Of a DNA stretch of 35,552 nucleotides, positions 8,656-16,655 are shown one piece after another. Numbering within the stretch: the first letter of the stretch is position 1; each line of letters opens with the position of its first letter. Source of the stretch: Simkaniaceae bacterium (GTDB lineage Bacteria; Chlamydiota; Chlamydiia; Chlamydiales; JAJFMI01); assembly GCA_040880145.1 (NCBI GenBank), contig JBBDIZ010000011.1:1-35552 (forward strand). The letters run 5' to 3'. The notes under the pieces were generated by a model. It did not search any database. It was not told where the DNA came from and saw only the letters and a list, made by a program, of their open reading frames with translations. The translations under genes were made by a program, and so were the position numbers.

Positions 8656-8708
8656 TCAAGGCTCTTTTTTATGATAAAATGAGCGAAAATTTTTACTGCG
8701 AGATGACT

Positions 8709-8870
8709 ATGGCTAAAAAAGGTGCACGCGAAATTATCAAACTCAAAAGTACTGAAAGTGATGACGTCTATTGGACAAAGAAAAATAAACGCAACACCAC
8801 AGAACGCTTAGAACTTAAAAAATACGATAGGAAATTACGACGCCACGTCGCTTTTAAAGAAGCTAAGTAA
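8709..8870 (+). CDS. rpmG: 50S ribosomal protein L33 (no zinc-ribbon cysteines)
   Basis: [17 protein letters not shown]...[33 protein letters not shown], 53 aa from ATG at 8709. Confidence 0.96.
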   Translation: MAKKGAREIIKLKSTESDDVYWTKKNKRNTTERLELKKYDRKLRRHVAFKEAK

Positions 8871-8872
8871 AG

Positions 8873-10915
8873 TTGTTTGAGTTTTTATTCGCCCGAAAGT
8901 ATTTAATCCCCAGACGGCGGCAGTTATCTGTCTCTCTCATTGCCATGATGAGCGTGGTCGTGATTTCACTTGTCGTCTGGCTTGTTCTCATCTTTCTATC
9001 TGTAACAGAGGGTATCGAGCAAGGATGGATGAAAAAACTCACCTCCCTCAACGCTCCCATCCGGATTTCACCAACACGGGAATATTTTCACTCCTATTAT
9101 CACCAGATCGATACCTGCTCTTATGCCTCCGGGTATGCTTCAAAAAGCCTCGGTGAAAAGCTGCGCTCTAAGCTAACCAATCCATTTGACCAAGAATTCG
9201 ACTCTGAGCTTCCCTCCTATCTGCCCAAGCCCATTCTCAATCCCGATGGAAGTGATAAGGATCTGATCAAGGAGCTCTTTAAGACGCTCGATGATCTCCA
9301 TGTCACGGCGCAAGATTATGAAATTACCGGAGCGCTGCTCCGTCTTAAAATGATTCGGCCGGAGCTTGGATCTCCCCTAGAGGAAAAACAAAGGTACCTC
9401 ACTCAGGTTTCCTACCTCTCAACCTTTCCAAGCAACAGCCATAAGATTCAAAATTTAATTGAGCCCCCTTCTCTCACCGATATCAATCATCTTTTCGCTC
9501 TCACAGAGACCTCATTTGCAACGCTCACTGAAGAAGGGGCTTCGCCAACAACTCGAACGAATAAAGAGATTTTTCAAAAGCGTCTTATGCGCCTTATTCC
9601 TTATGTTGAACTAAAACGCGTGACTCCTTCTCATGATCGCTGGCGTTTTGCAAAAGAGCTTTTAAGCTGCAATCATCTCTTGACTGTACAGGCTCATAAA
9701 AGCTTCTCTCATATTTTGATTACGGAAAAAAAACAATCCGACAACTATCTCACCGGCTCTCTTTACATCAAGGGCGGTCAGCTCTATTTCAATCAAAAGC
9801 CTTTATCGATAAACACCCCTCTTTTTTTAGGAGCTGATGTCGAATTTGAAGCTTCGATTGTGAAGGAATCAATTGAAGATGCAGAGCGCCTTAGCGATAT
9901 CAAGCTTCATATCAAGGGCTTGCTCCAAAACCAATGGATTGAAGGAGTCATCCCCTGGAGGGATGTGGAAATTACGGATGCAAACGTGAAAACTAAATTT
10001 GAAACAGCGCTTGAAATTCCACCTTTTTGGGCTTACCGGATCCAAAATGAAGAAAAAGGGGCTCTTCCAGACAATCAATCGGTCATTCTACCTCGCAGTT
10101 TCAGGGATTCGGGTGTTTTAGTCGGCGATAGGGGCTACTTCAGTTTCGGAGCAATGAGTAGCGCAAGCATTCAAGAGATGCGTCAGCCTTTCATTGTGGC
10201 TGGATTTTACGATCCGGGGGTCATGTCGATTGGCGCAAAATATGCTCTGGCCTCCCCTGGACTTGTTCACGATATTGCTCAATCGAATCACTCTTTTAGC
10301 TTTCCCCCTGAAAGTGCGATGGGTATCCAGGTCTGGTTTGATCAATTAGGGCAGACAAAAGAGATGGCAGAGAGATTGTCAATGCTTCTAAAAGAGCGAG
10401 GGCTTCTGCCTTTTTTTAAGATCACTCCTTTTTATGAATACGATTTTGCTCGCGATCTTTTGCAGCAATTTCAAAGTGATCGCTACCTTTTTACGTTGAT
10501 TGGCGCGATTATTCTTTTTGTCGCGTGTACCAATATTGTTTCGCTTCTGATCTTGCTCGTCAATGACAAAAAGGTAGAGATTGGCATTTTAAGGGCGATG
10601 GGTGCAAGCTCAAAAAGCATCGCCTCTATTTTTGCCCTTTCCGGGGTCTTTATGGGAGTAATCGGATCGCTGCTCGGGATCTTTTTTGCCTTTATCACGC
10701 TAAAAAACATCGATAGTGTCGTTTCGCTTCTTTCATTTTTACAGGGCCATGACGCTTTTAATGCAGCTTTTTATGATCGCTCACTCCCTAATCAAATCTC
10801 AAAAAGTGCTCTCACGTTCATTCTTATCTCCACGCCTGTTCTCTCATTAATTGCGGGCGCCGTTCCGGCGATAAAAGCGGCTCGTTTAAGCCCTGCTGAG
10901 AGTCTTCGCTCATGA
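8873..10915 (+). CDS. LolC/E (FtsX/MacB-like) ABC permease with a long periplasmic insertion
   Basis: FEFLFARKYL plus TM at the N-terminus; DKKVEIGILRAMGAS and PAIKAARLSPAESLR at the C-terminus; coupled to a LolD-like ATPase. Confidence 0.88.
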   Translation: MFEFLFARKYLIPRRRQLSVSLIAMMSVVVISLVVWLVLIFLSVTEGIEQGWMKKLTSLNAPIRISPTREYFHSYYHQIDTCSYASGYASKSLGEKLRSKLTNPFDQEFDSELPSYLPKPILNPDGSDKDLIKELFKTLDDLHVTAQDYEITGALLRLKMIRPELGSPLEEKQRYLTQVSYLSTFPSNSHKIQNLIEPPSLTDINHLFALTETSFATLTEEGASPTTRTNKEIFQKRLMRLIPYVELKRVTPSHDRWRFAKELLSCNHLLTVQAHKSFSHILITEKKQSDNYLTGSLYIKGGQLYFNQKPLSINTPLFLGADVEFEASIVKESIEDAERLSDIKLHIKGLLQNQWIEGVIPWRDVEITDANVKTKFETALEIPPFWAYRIQNEEKGALPDNQSVILPRSFRDSGVLVGDRGYFSFGAMSSASIQEMRQPFIVAGFYDPGVMSIGAKYALASPGLVHDIAQSNHSFSFPPESAMGIQVWFDQLGQTKEMAERLSMLLKERGLLPFFKITPFYEYDFARDLLQQFQSDRYLFTLIGAIILFVACTNIVSLLILLVNDKKVEIGILRAMGASSKSIASIFALSGVFMGVIGSLLGIFFAFITLKNIDSVVSLLSFLQGHDAFNAAFYDRSLPNQISKSALTFILISTPVLSLIAGAVPAIKAARLSPAESLRS

Positions 10916-11559
10916 ATAAACCACCTATTCTTGAAGTTGTTTCGGTATATAAAAGCTTTCACTGTCCACAAACTGTAGAAGTTTTAAAAGAGGTCAATCT
11001 CTCTCTTTTTCAGGGAGAATCCCTTGCCATCATGGGTCCCTCCGGTGTAGGCAAAAGCACGCTTCTTCATCTTTTAGGGACATTGGAAGAGCCTACATCC
11101 GGCCAAATCTTAATCGAGGGAAAGAAAGCCGAAGCCTCCTTCAGAAAAACTCATATTGGTTTTGTTTTTCAAAATTTTCATTTATTGGAAGATTTCACAA
11201 CCCTTGAAAATGTCTTAATGCCTATACGGATCAGCCGCTTACCTGTTCATCAGTTAAAATCAACGGCTTTGAAACTTCTCGATCAGGTTGGGTTGAAAAA
11301 TCGCGCGGATTTTTCCGTTAAACTCCTCTCCGGAGGAGAGAAGCAGCGCGTTGCAATCGCTCGAGCTTTGATCAATCATCCAAAAATCCTTCTAGCTGAT
11401 GAGCCGACCGGAAATTTAGATGCCAAAACCTCTAAGCAAATTTTTGATTTACTCATCTCTTTGTGTAAAGAAAATCAAATTGCTCTTGTTGTTGTCACTC
11501 ATGATAAAGAACTGGCTTCTCTTCTCGATAGACGAATTCGACTGATTGGTTTATCCTAA
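10912..11559 (+). CDS. lolD: Lipoprotein-release ABC ATP-binding protein
   Basis: GPSGVGKS, LSGGEKQRVAIARAL, ADEPTGNLD, VVTHD. Confidence 0.88.
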   Translation: MNKPPILEVVSVYKSFHCPQTVEVLKEVNLSLFQGESLAIMGPSGVGKSTLLHLLGTLEEPTSGQILIEGKKAEASFRKTHIGFVFQNFHLLEDFTTLENVLMPIRISRLPVHQLKSTALKLLDQVGLKNRADFSVKLLSGGEKQRVAIARALINHPKILLADEPTGNLDAKTSKQIFDLLISLCKENQIALVVVTHDKELASLLDRRIRLIGLS

Positions 11560-11564
11560 CTTCC

Positions 11565-12878
11565 ATGGAACTTTTAATCATTGGTACAGGCTATGTCGGT
11601 TTAGTATCAGGGACTTGTTTTGCTGAAATGGGCCACCATGTAACTTGTCTAGATATCGATCAGAAAAAGATCGACGCTCTAAATCAAGGAATCATTCCCA
11701 TTTATGAGCCGGGTCTTGAGGAGATGGTAAAGCGCAATTGCGAGCAAAAACGACTTCATTTTACAAATTGCTACGAGGCTGTAAGAAAGGCTTCCGTGAT
11801 TTTTCTTTGTCTTCCCACCCCTCAAGAAGACGATGGTTCTGCTGATTTATCTTATGTTCTAGCAGCAGCGAAGAAGATGGCTCCTTATTTCGATGAGTAT
11901 AAACTGGTCGTCAACAAATCGACGGTTCCGGTCGGCTCTGCTTTGCAAGTTGAGAAAATCATTTATCAATACTTAAAGCAACCGGTCGAATTTGATGTGA
12001 TTTCAAATCCTGAATTTCTCAAAGAGGGCTCAGCTCTTTCAGATTGTATGAAACCTGATCGAATCATTATTGGCTCAAATTCAGAAAGAGCGACTTCTAT
12101 TATGAAAAATCTCTATGCTTCATTCACTTTAAATCACGACCGGATTCATATTATGGATGTCTCGAGCGCTGAGCTCACAAAATATGCAGCGAATGCCATG
12201 CTGGCCTCTCGAATCTCTTTTATGAATGAGCTCTCTTTACTCTCTGAAAAAGTCGGAGCCGATATCAATGCCATTCGTCGAGGAATCGGATCGGATAAAC
12301 GCATTGGCCATGACTTTCTCTATGCTGGGATCGGATTTGGAGGCTCTTGCTTCCCCAAGGATATTCAAGCATTAAGAGCAATTTATGAAAATGAGGGCAT
12401 TAAGCCTCATATGCTCAAAGCAATCGATGCCATCAATTGCCGCCAAAAGGGGGTTTTAGGAGAGAGGATTCAAAAGTATTTTACAGATATAGAGGGCGTC
12501 AATATCGCTGTTTGGGGGCTTTCTTTTAAACCCGATACCGATGACATGCGCGAAGCGCCCTCCATCACTTTTTTAAAAGATCTATTATGCAAAGGGGCCA
12601 AGTTAAGACTTTTTGATCCTGTGGCAATGTCAAACGCAAAAAAAATCTTAGGTGATTTTAAAAATATTATATGGTGTAAAAGCGAGTTAGAAGCAGCAAG
12701 TGAAGCTCAGGCAATTGCACTTTTAACCGAATGGAAACAATTCCGTTTCCTTGATTTAGATCGTGTTTTAAAAGCAATGCAAAGAGGGAAAAAAGCTTTT
12801 TTTGATGGCCGAAATCAGTATGATCCCAATGTGATGAAAAAAATTGGTTTTGACTACTTCTCAATAGGTCGAAAGTGA
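11565..12878 (+). CDS. ugd: UDP-glucose 6-dehydrogenase
   Basis: IGTGYVGLV, KSTVPVG, SNPEFLKEG, GFGGSCFPKD, FKPDTDDMRE. Confidence 0.95.
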   Translation: MELLIIGTGYVGLVSGTCFAEMGHHVTCLDIDQKKIDALNQGIIPIYEPGLEEMVKRNCEQKRLHFTNCYEAVRKASVIFLCLPTPQEDDGSADLSYVLAAAKKMAPYFDEYKLVVNKSTVPVGSALQVEKIIYQYLKQPVEFDVISNPEFLKEGSALSDCMKPDRIIIGSNSERATSIMKNLYASFTLNHDRIHIMDVSSAELTKYAANAMLASRISFMNELSLLSEKVGADINAIRRGIGSDKRIGHDFLYAGIGFGGSCFPKDIQALRAIYENEGIKPHMLKAIDAINCRQKGVLGERIQKYFTDIEGVNIAVWGLSFKPDTDDMREAPSITFLKDLLCKGAKLRLFDPVAMSNAKKILGDFKNIIWCKSELEAASEAQAIALLTEWKQFRFLDLDRVLKAMQRGKKAFFDGRNQYDPNVMKKIGFDYFSIGRK

Positions 12879-13666
12879 AAGAATATAGAGAAAAAATCGA
12901 TCAAAGATTGAAGGATCATTTACTAAAGATCAAAAACCCCTTGATCGCCGAGATGTCCGAGTATGCCCTCTTTTCCGGGGGAAAGCGCCTTAGACCCTTG
13001 CTTGTTTTAGCGGTATTGGAGGCCTTCAACAGGCCCATCGAAAAAGGGCTGGATGCTGCCATCGCTTTAGAGCTGATCCATACCTACTCGCTTATTCATG
13101 ACGATCTTCCTTGTATGGATGATGATGATTTTCGCCGCGGCCTTCCGACTCTCCATAAGAAATATGATGAAGCCTCCGCGGTATTAACGGGAGATTTTTT
13201 ATTAACTTTTGCATTTGATGTTCTCTCTTCTTCTTCAGATATTGAACCCTTAATGCGTCTAAAACTGATCAAAAAGTTAGCGATTGCAGGCGGCGCTTCG
13301 GGTTTGATAGGGGGGCAGCTGCTCGATCTTTCAACCTCAATTGATCGAGATAACTTCAAAAAAATTTATGAGTTAAAAACAGGGGCGCTCATCCGGTGCG
13401 CTTTTGAGTTTGGAGCCCTAATCTCGGAGTGCGGCCCTGCTGCTTTTTCAGAGATTTCTCTTATAGGAGAAAAACTCGGGCTTGGATACCAAATAGCCGA
13501 TGATCTCATCGATTTAGATGACTGCGCTCTTTTTTATGGAACCAATGAGTCTCTTGATTTGATTCAAAAAATCCAGTTTGAAATCAACCGGTCGATTGAA
13601 AAGCTTCCCATTTCAAGCACGCTTCTAAATCAACTGATTCATCAATCTTTAATTCGACACCAATGA
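12875..13666 (+). CDS. ispA: Polyprenyl (farnesyl/geranylgeranyl) diphosphate synthase
   Basis: GGKRLRP, HTYSLIHDDLPCMDDDDFRRG, GGQLLDL, KTGAL, QIADD; GTG start overlaps the ugd stop. Confidence 0.9.
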   Translation: MKEYREKIDQRLKDHLLKIKNPLIAEMSEYALFSGGKRLRPLLVLAVLEAFNRPIEKGLDAAIALELIHTYSLIHDDLPCMDDDDFRRGLPTLHKKYDEASAVLTGDFLLTFAFDVLSSSSDIEPLMRLKLIKKLAIAGGASGLIGGQLLDLSTSIDRDNFKKIYELKTGALIRCAFEFGALISECGPAAFSEISLIGEKLGLGYQIADDLIDLDDCALFYGTNESLDLIQKIQFEINRSIEKLPISSTLLNQLIHQSLIRHQ

Positions 13667-14166
13667 AACCCTTTTTTTTTCCTTTTATTCTTGCTCTTAT
13701 CTCCATAACCTATTTCCCTCTGCTTCTTCCTAAACTCCATCTTTTTTATTTTGCCCCTTTCCTCTCCCTTCTTTCAAAAAAGGCGTCTATAAAGGAGGGG
13801 GTTTTCTTATCGATTCTTTCAGGCTGGATTTTAGATGCTCTTTCAACAAATACAATCTTCGGTTTTGAGGCCTTTCTCTTTTTATCCGTTTATCTCATGA
13901 ATTATCCCCTTAAAGACCTTTTTTTTATCGATAAACCTCATGCAAGCATTCTTTCGACGGCTCTTATCAGCATCAACTATACCTTTTTAAAAATCCTATT
14001 CCTTCTGATTTTTTCAAAACTTCCTCCTCTAACTCTTAAAAGTCTTTTATCAGAATTTTTCCTCATGCCCCTTGCTGATGGGATTTATGGTTTTTTTTGG
14101 TTTACAACTCCTCTACTGTTCGTTACATTACTTAAAAAGAGCTATATTCGATGGAAAACGAGTTAA
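13663..14166 (+). CDS. MreD-like polytopic membrane protein
   Basis: 167 aa with ~5 hydrophobic segments; SILSGWILDALS...FGFEA resembles the MreD G...D......G..A motif. Confidence 0.6.
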   Translation: MKPFFFPFILALISITYFPLLLPKLHLFYFAPFLSLLSKKASIKEGVFLSILSGWILDALSTNTIFGFEAFLFLSVYLMNYPLKDLFFIDKPHASILSTALISINYTFLKILFLLIFSKLPPLTLKSLLSEFFLMPLADGIYGFFWFTTPLLFVTLLKKSYIRWKTS

Positions 14167-14990
14167 ATATCCCAAACGCCTTACTCTCCCGATTGACAAA
14201 TGTTGCCTCATTAGCTGCTCTAAAGGCAGGTGAAATCTTAAAAAAAGGATTTGGCTCCACATTTGAGATCACTTCCAAAGAGGGTAAACACAACCTTGTC
14301 ACAGATTACGATAAGTTTAGTGAAGAGTCGATCCTAACTCAGATCAAAGGCGTCTTTCCCGAGCACGCTTTTATCTGTGAAGAGTCCGGAAAACAAAATT
14401 ACAAAGAAGACTCCATTATCTGGGTCATCGATCCCCTGGATGGAACGGTCAATTTCGCTCACAATATCCCTTGTTTTTCCATTAGTATTGCTGCTATGTT
14501 CAAGGGAAAAGTCTTATCTGCTGTCGTTTATAATCCGATGCTGAATGAGCTTTTTACCGCAGAGGATGGGCATGGAGCTTTTCTAAATGGCTCACGCCTT
14601 TCTGTTACAAAAACAGATCTTCTTTCTAATGCAATTGCAGCGACAGGATTTCCCTATAATACTTATGAAAACCCCCTTCACTGTATTGAACATTTTACCT
14701 ATATGGCTAAGCTTGGAATCCCTTTAAGACGGATGGGCTCAGCAGCTCTTGACCTTGCCTATTTAGCAGCGGGTCGCTACGATGCCTTTTGGGAAGTTTC
14801 CCTCAACTCTTGGGATTACGCGGCAGGCATGCTTCTGATTGAAGAAGCCGGCGGTGTAATGACAAACTTCGTTGGAGAGTCCTACCATAAGATTCAAGAG
14901 GGCCCCATCCTTGCGAGCAATGGCCTCATTCATGAACAATTGATCGATCACTTTAAACACACCTATGACGATGAATCCCCTAAGACTTGA
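14151..14990 (+). CDS. suhB: Inositol monophosphatase family protein
   Basis: LVTDYD, CEES, WVIDPLDGTVNFAH, RRMGSAALDLAYLAAGRYD, WDYAAG. Confidence 0.93.
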   Translation: MENELNIPNALLSRLTNVASLAALKAGEILKKGFGSTFEITSKEGKHNLVTDYDKFSEESILTQIKGVFPEHAFICEESGKQNYKEDSIIWVIDPLDGTVNFAHNIPCFSISIAAMFKGKVLSAVVYNPMLNELFTAEDGHGAFLNGSRLSVTKTDLLSNAIAATGFPYNTYENPLHCIEHFTYMAKLGIPLRRMGSAALDLAYLAAGRYDAFWEVSLNSWDYAAGMLLIEEAGGVMTNFVGESYHKIQEGPILASNGLIHEQLIDHFKHTYDDESPKT

Positions 14991-15843
14991 CGGAAGCGTG
15001 TGTGCCTCTCACATTTTAGAAAAACTTAAAAAAACGCTTTCGCAGTTAAAAGGACGTCCTCCTACCCTTGCCTTTGTCTTAGTCGGCCACGATGAGGGAT
15101 CAAAAATCTATGTTAAAATGAAGCAAAAGCGTGCTATTGAGGTGGGGATTGATTCAAAGATTATTGCGCTTGAATCAAATATTTCAGAAGAAGCCTTGCT
15201 TCTTGAAATTAAAAAATTAAATGACGACCCCTTAATCGATGGCTTTCTTGTTCAACAACCTCTACCGTCTCATATCTCATTGGATAAGGTGGTCTTAGCC
15301 ACAAATCCAAGCAAGGATGTCGATGGGTTTCACCCATTTAATCAAGGCAAGCTTTTACTCGGTCAAGAAGATGGGTTTATCAGCTGCACACCTCTTGGGA
15401 TTCGCACTCTTTTAGAGCACTATCATATTCGCACCGAAAGTCGTCATGTCGTGATCTTAGGCCGAAGCAGCATCGTCGGGAAGCCTTTAGCGGCCCTGCT
15501 TTTAAAGAGGGGGCCTTTTGGAGATGCAACGGTAACGATCGCCCACTCAAAGACCAAAAATTTATCCGATTTAACGCAGCAAGCGGATATTTTAGTCGCT
15601 GCAATTGGCTCTTCTCGTTTTGTCAAAGCTTCGATGATCAAAGAGGGGGCTGTCGTGATTGATGTAGGCATCAATCGAGAAGGAAAACGGCTTTTTGGTG
15701 ATGTCGACTTCGAGGAAGTGGCCCCAAAAACCTCCGCTATCACTCCTGTTCCTAAGGGAGTAGGCCCTATGACCATTGCAATGCTTCTCCAAAACACTTA
15801 TAAAAGTTATCTATGCCGAAATGGAGACCGCTTCTCTTCTTAA
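14965..15843 (+). CDS. folD: Bifunctional methylene-THF dehydrogenase/cyclohydrolase
   Basis: YVKMK, VQQPLP, KDVDGFHP, CTPLG, GRSSIVGKP, IDVGINR, TPVPKGVGPMTIAML. Confidence 0.97.
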   Translation: MTMNPLRLDGSVCASHILEKLKKTLSQLKGRPPTLAFVLVGHDEGSKIYVKMKQKRAIEVGIDSKIIALESNISEEALLLEIKKLNDDPLIDGFLVQQPLPSHISLDKVVLATNPSKDVDGFHPFNQGKLLLGQEDGFISCTPLGIRTLLEHYHIRTESRHVVILGRSSIVGKPLAALLLKRGPFGDATVTIAHSKTKNLSDLTQQADILVAAIGSSRFVKASMIKEGAVVIDVGINREGKRLFGDVDFEEVAPKTSAITPVPKGVGPMTIAMLLQNTYKSYLCRNGDRFSS

Positions 15844-16646
15844 GTAGAGTGCTCTTTTTACTTTTTCTTTTCTCTTGCGCCCCCTCATTCAAGATCAACC
15901 ACTTTAGGGGAGTCGCCATGACGATGCCCTACCATATTCAGTTGGGTAAACTTCATCATTCCAGCAAACAAATCGAAGCTAAAATTACCGAAGTTTTTGA
16001 AAAGGTCAATCATTGCTACAATCACTTCAATCCAAATTCAGAGCTTTCAAAGCTAAATCAAGCTGAAAGCGGGGTTTTGTCCAACGCTCTATACGAACTG
16101 TTTTTATTATCGGATCAGATTTATAAAATGACAAATGGGGTTTTCGATCCCTCTTTTGGTCACTGGAAGGAATTTGTTTTTCGAGGAAATACAATTGAAA
16201 AAGGAAGTCTAACACTTGACTTTGATGGGATCGTCAAAGGGCTGACCGTCGATCTTTTGGCCTCTATGCTCTCTGATCTAGGCTATCGAAACTTCTATGT
16301 CGAATGGGCTGGAGATCTTTTTGTGAAGGGGAATCATTTTAATGGAAGGCCTTGGAGAATTGCGGTTAAAAAACCTTATTCCGATATCCCCTTTCAGATC
16401 ATTGAGCTTAAAGATCGAGCAGTCGCAACCTCCGGAAATTATTTTCACCAAAAGATTGTCGAAAATGCTCTATTGACCCATTTTTTTGATCCAAAAAAGC
16501 AAATTTTTCTTCCTGTCACTAAAGAGATTCAATCTGTCACTGTGATAGGCCCGAGCTGCGCCCTTGCAGATGCCTTAGCAACAGCCTTATTTGTAGACTT
16601 AAAAAAAATCGACCTCCCAATGGAGGTCGATCTCATTATTCAGTGA
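15813..16646 (+). CDS. apbE: FAD:protein FMN transferase (lipoprotein)
   Basis: Lipobox-like LFSC, GVAMTMPY, SELSKLN, GVFDPS, LDFDGIVKG, ATSGNY, ADALATA. Confidence 0.88.
   Translation: MPKWRPLLFLSRVLFLLFLFSCAPSFKINHFRGVAMTMPYHIQLGKLHHSSKQIEAKITEVFEKVNHCYNHFNPNSELSKLNQAESGVLSNALYELFLLSDQIYKMTNGVFDPSFGHWKEFVFRGNTIEKGSLTLDFDGIVKGLTVDLLASMLSDLGYRNFYVEWAGDLFVKGNHFNGRPWRIAVKKPYSDIPFQIIELKDRAVATSGNYFHQKIVENALLTHFFDPKKQIFLPVTKEIQSVTVIGPSCALADALATALFVDLKKIDLPMEVDLIIQ
16601..16631 (-). terminator. Intrinsic terminator of the haemagglutinin-like gene, embedded in the apbE 3' end
   Basis: Perfect 10-bp stem ATCGACCTCC-CAAT-GGAGGTCGAT (16608-16631) followed on the minus strand by a T run (16601-16607), 25 bp past the stop at 16656. 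Confidence 0.8.
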
Positions 16647-16655
16647 ACTTATACT

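Noticed and set aside
8649..8708. N-terminal extension of L33 in the ORF track
   Set aside because: Starts inside the IS right end; family similarity begins at ATG 8709
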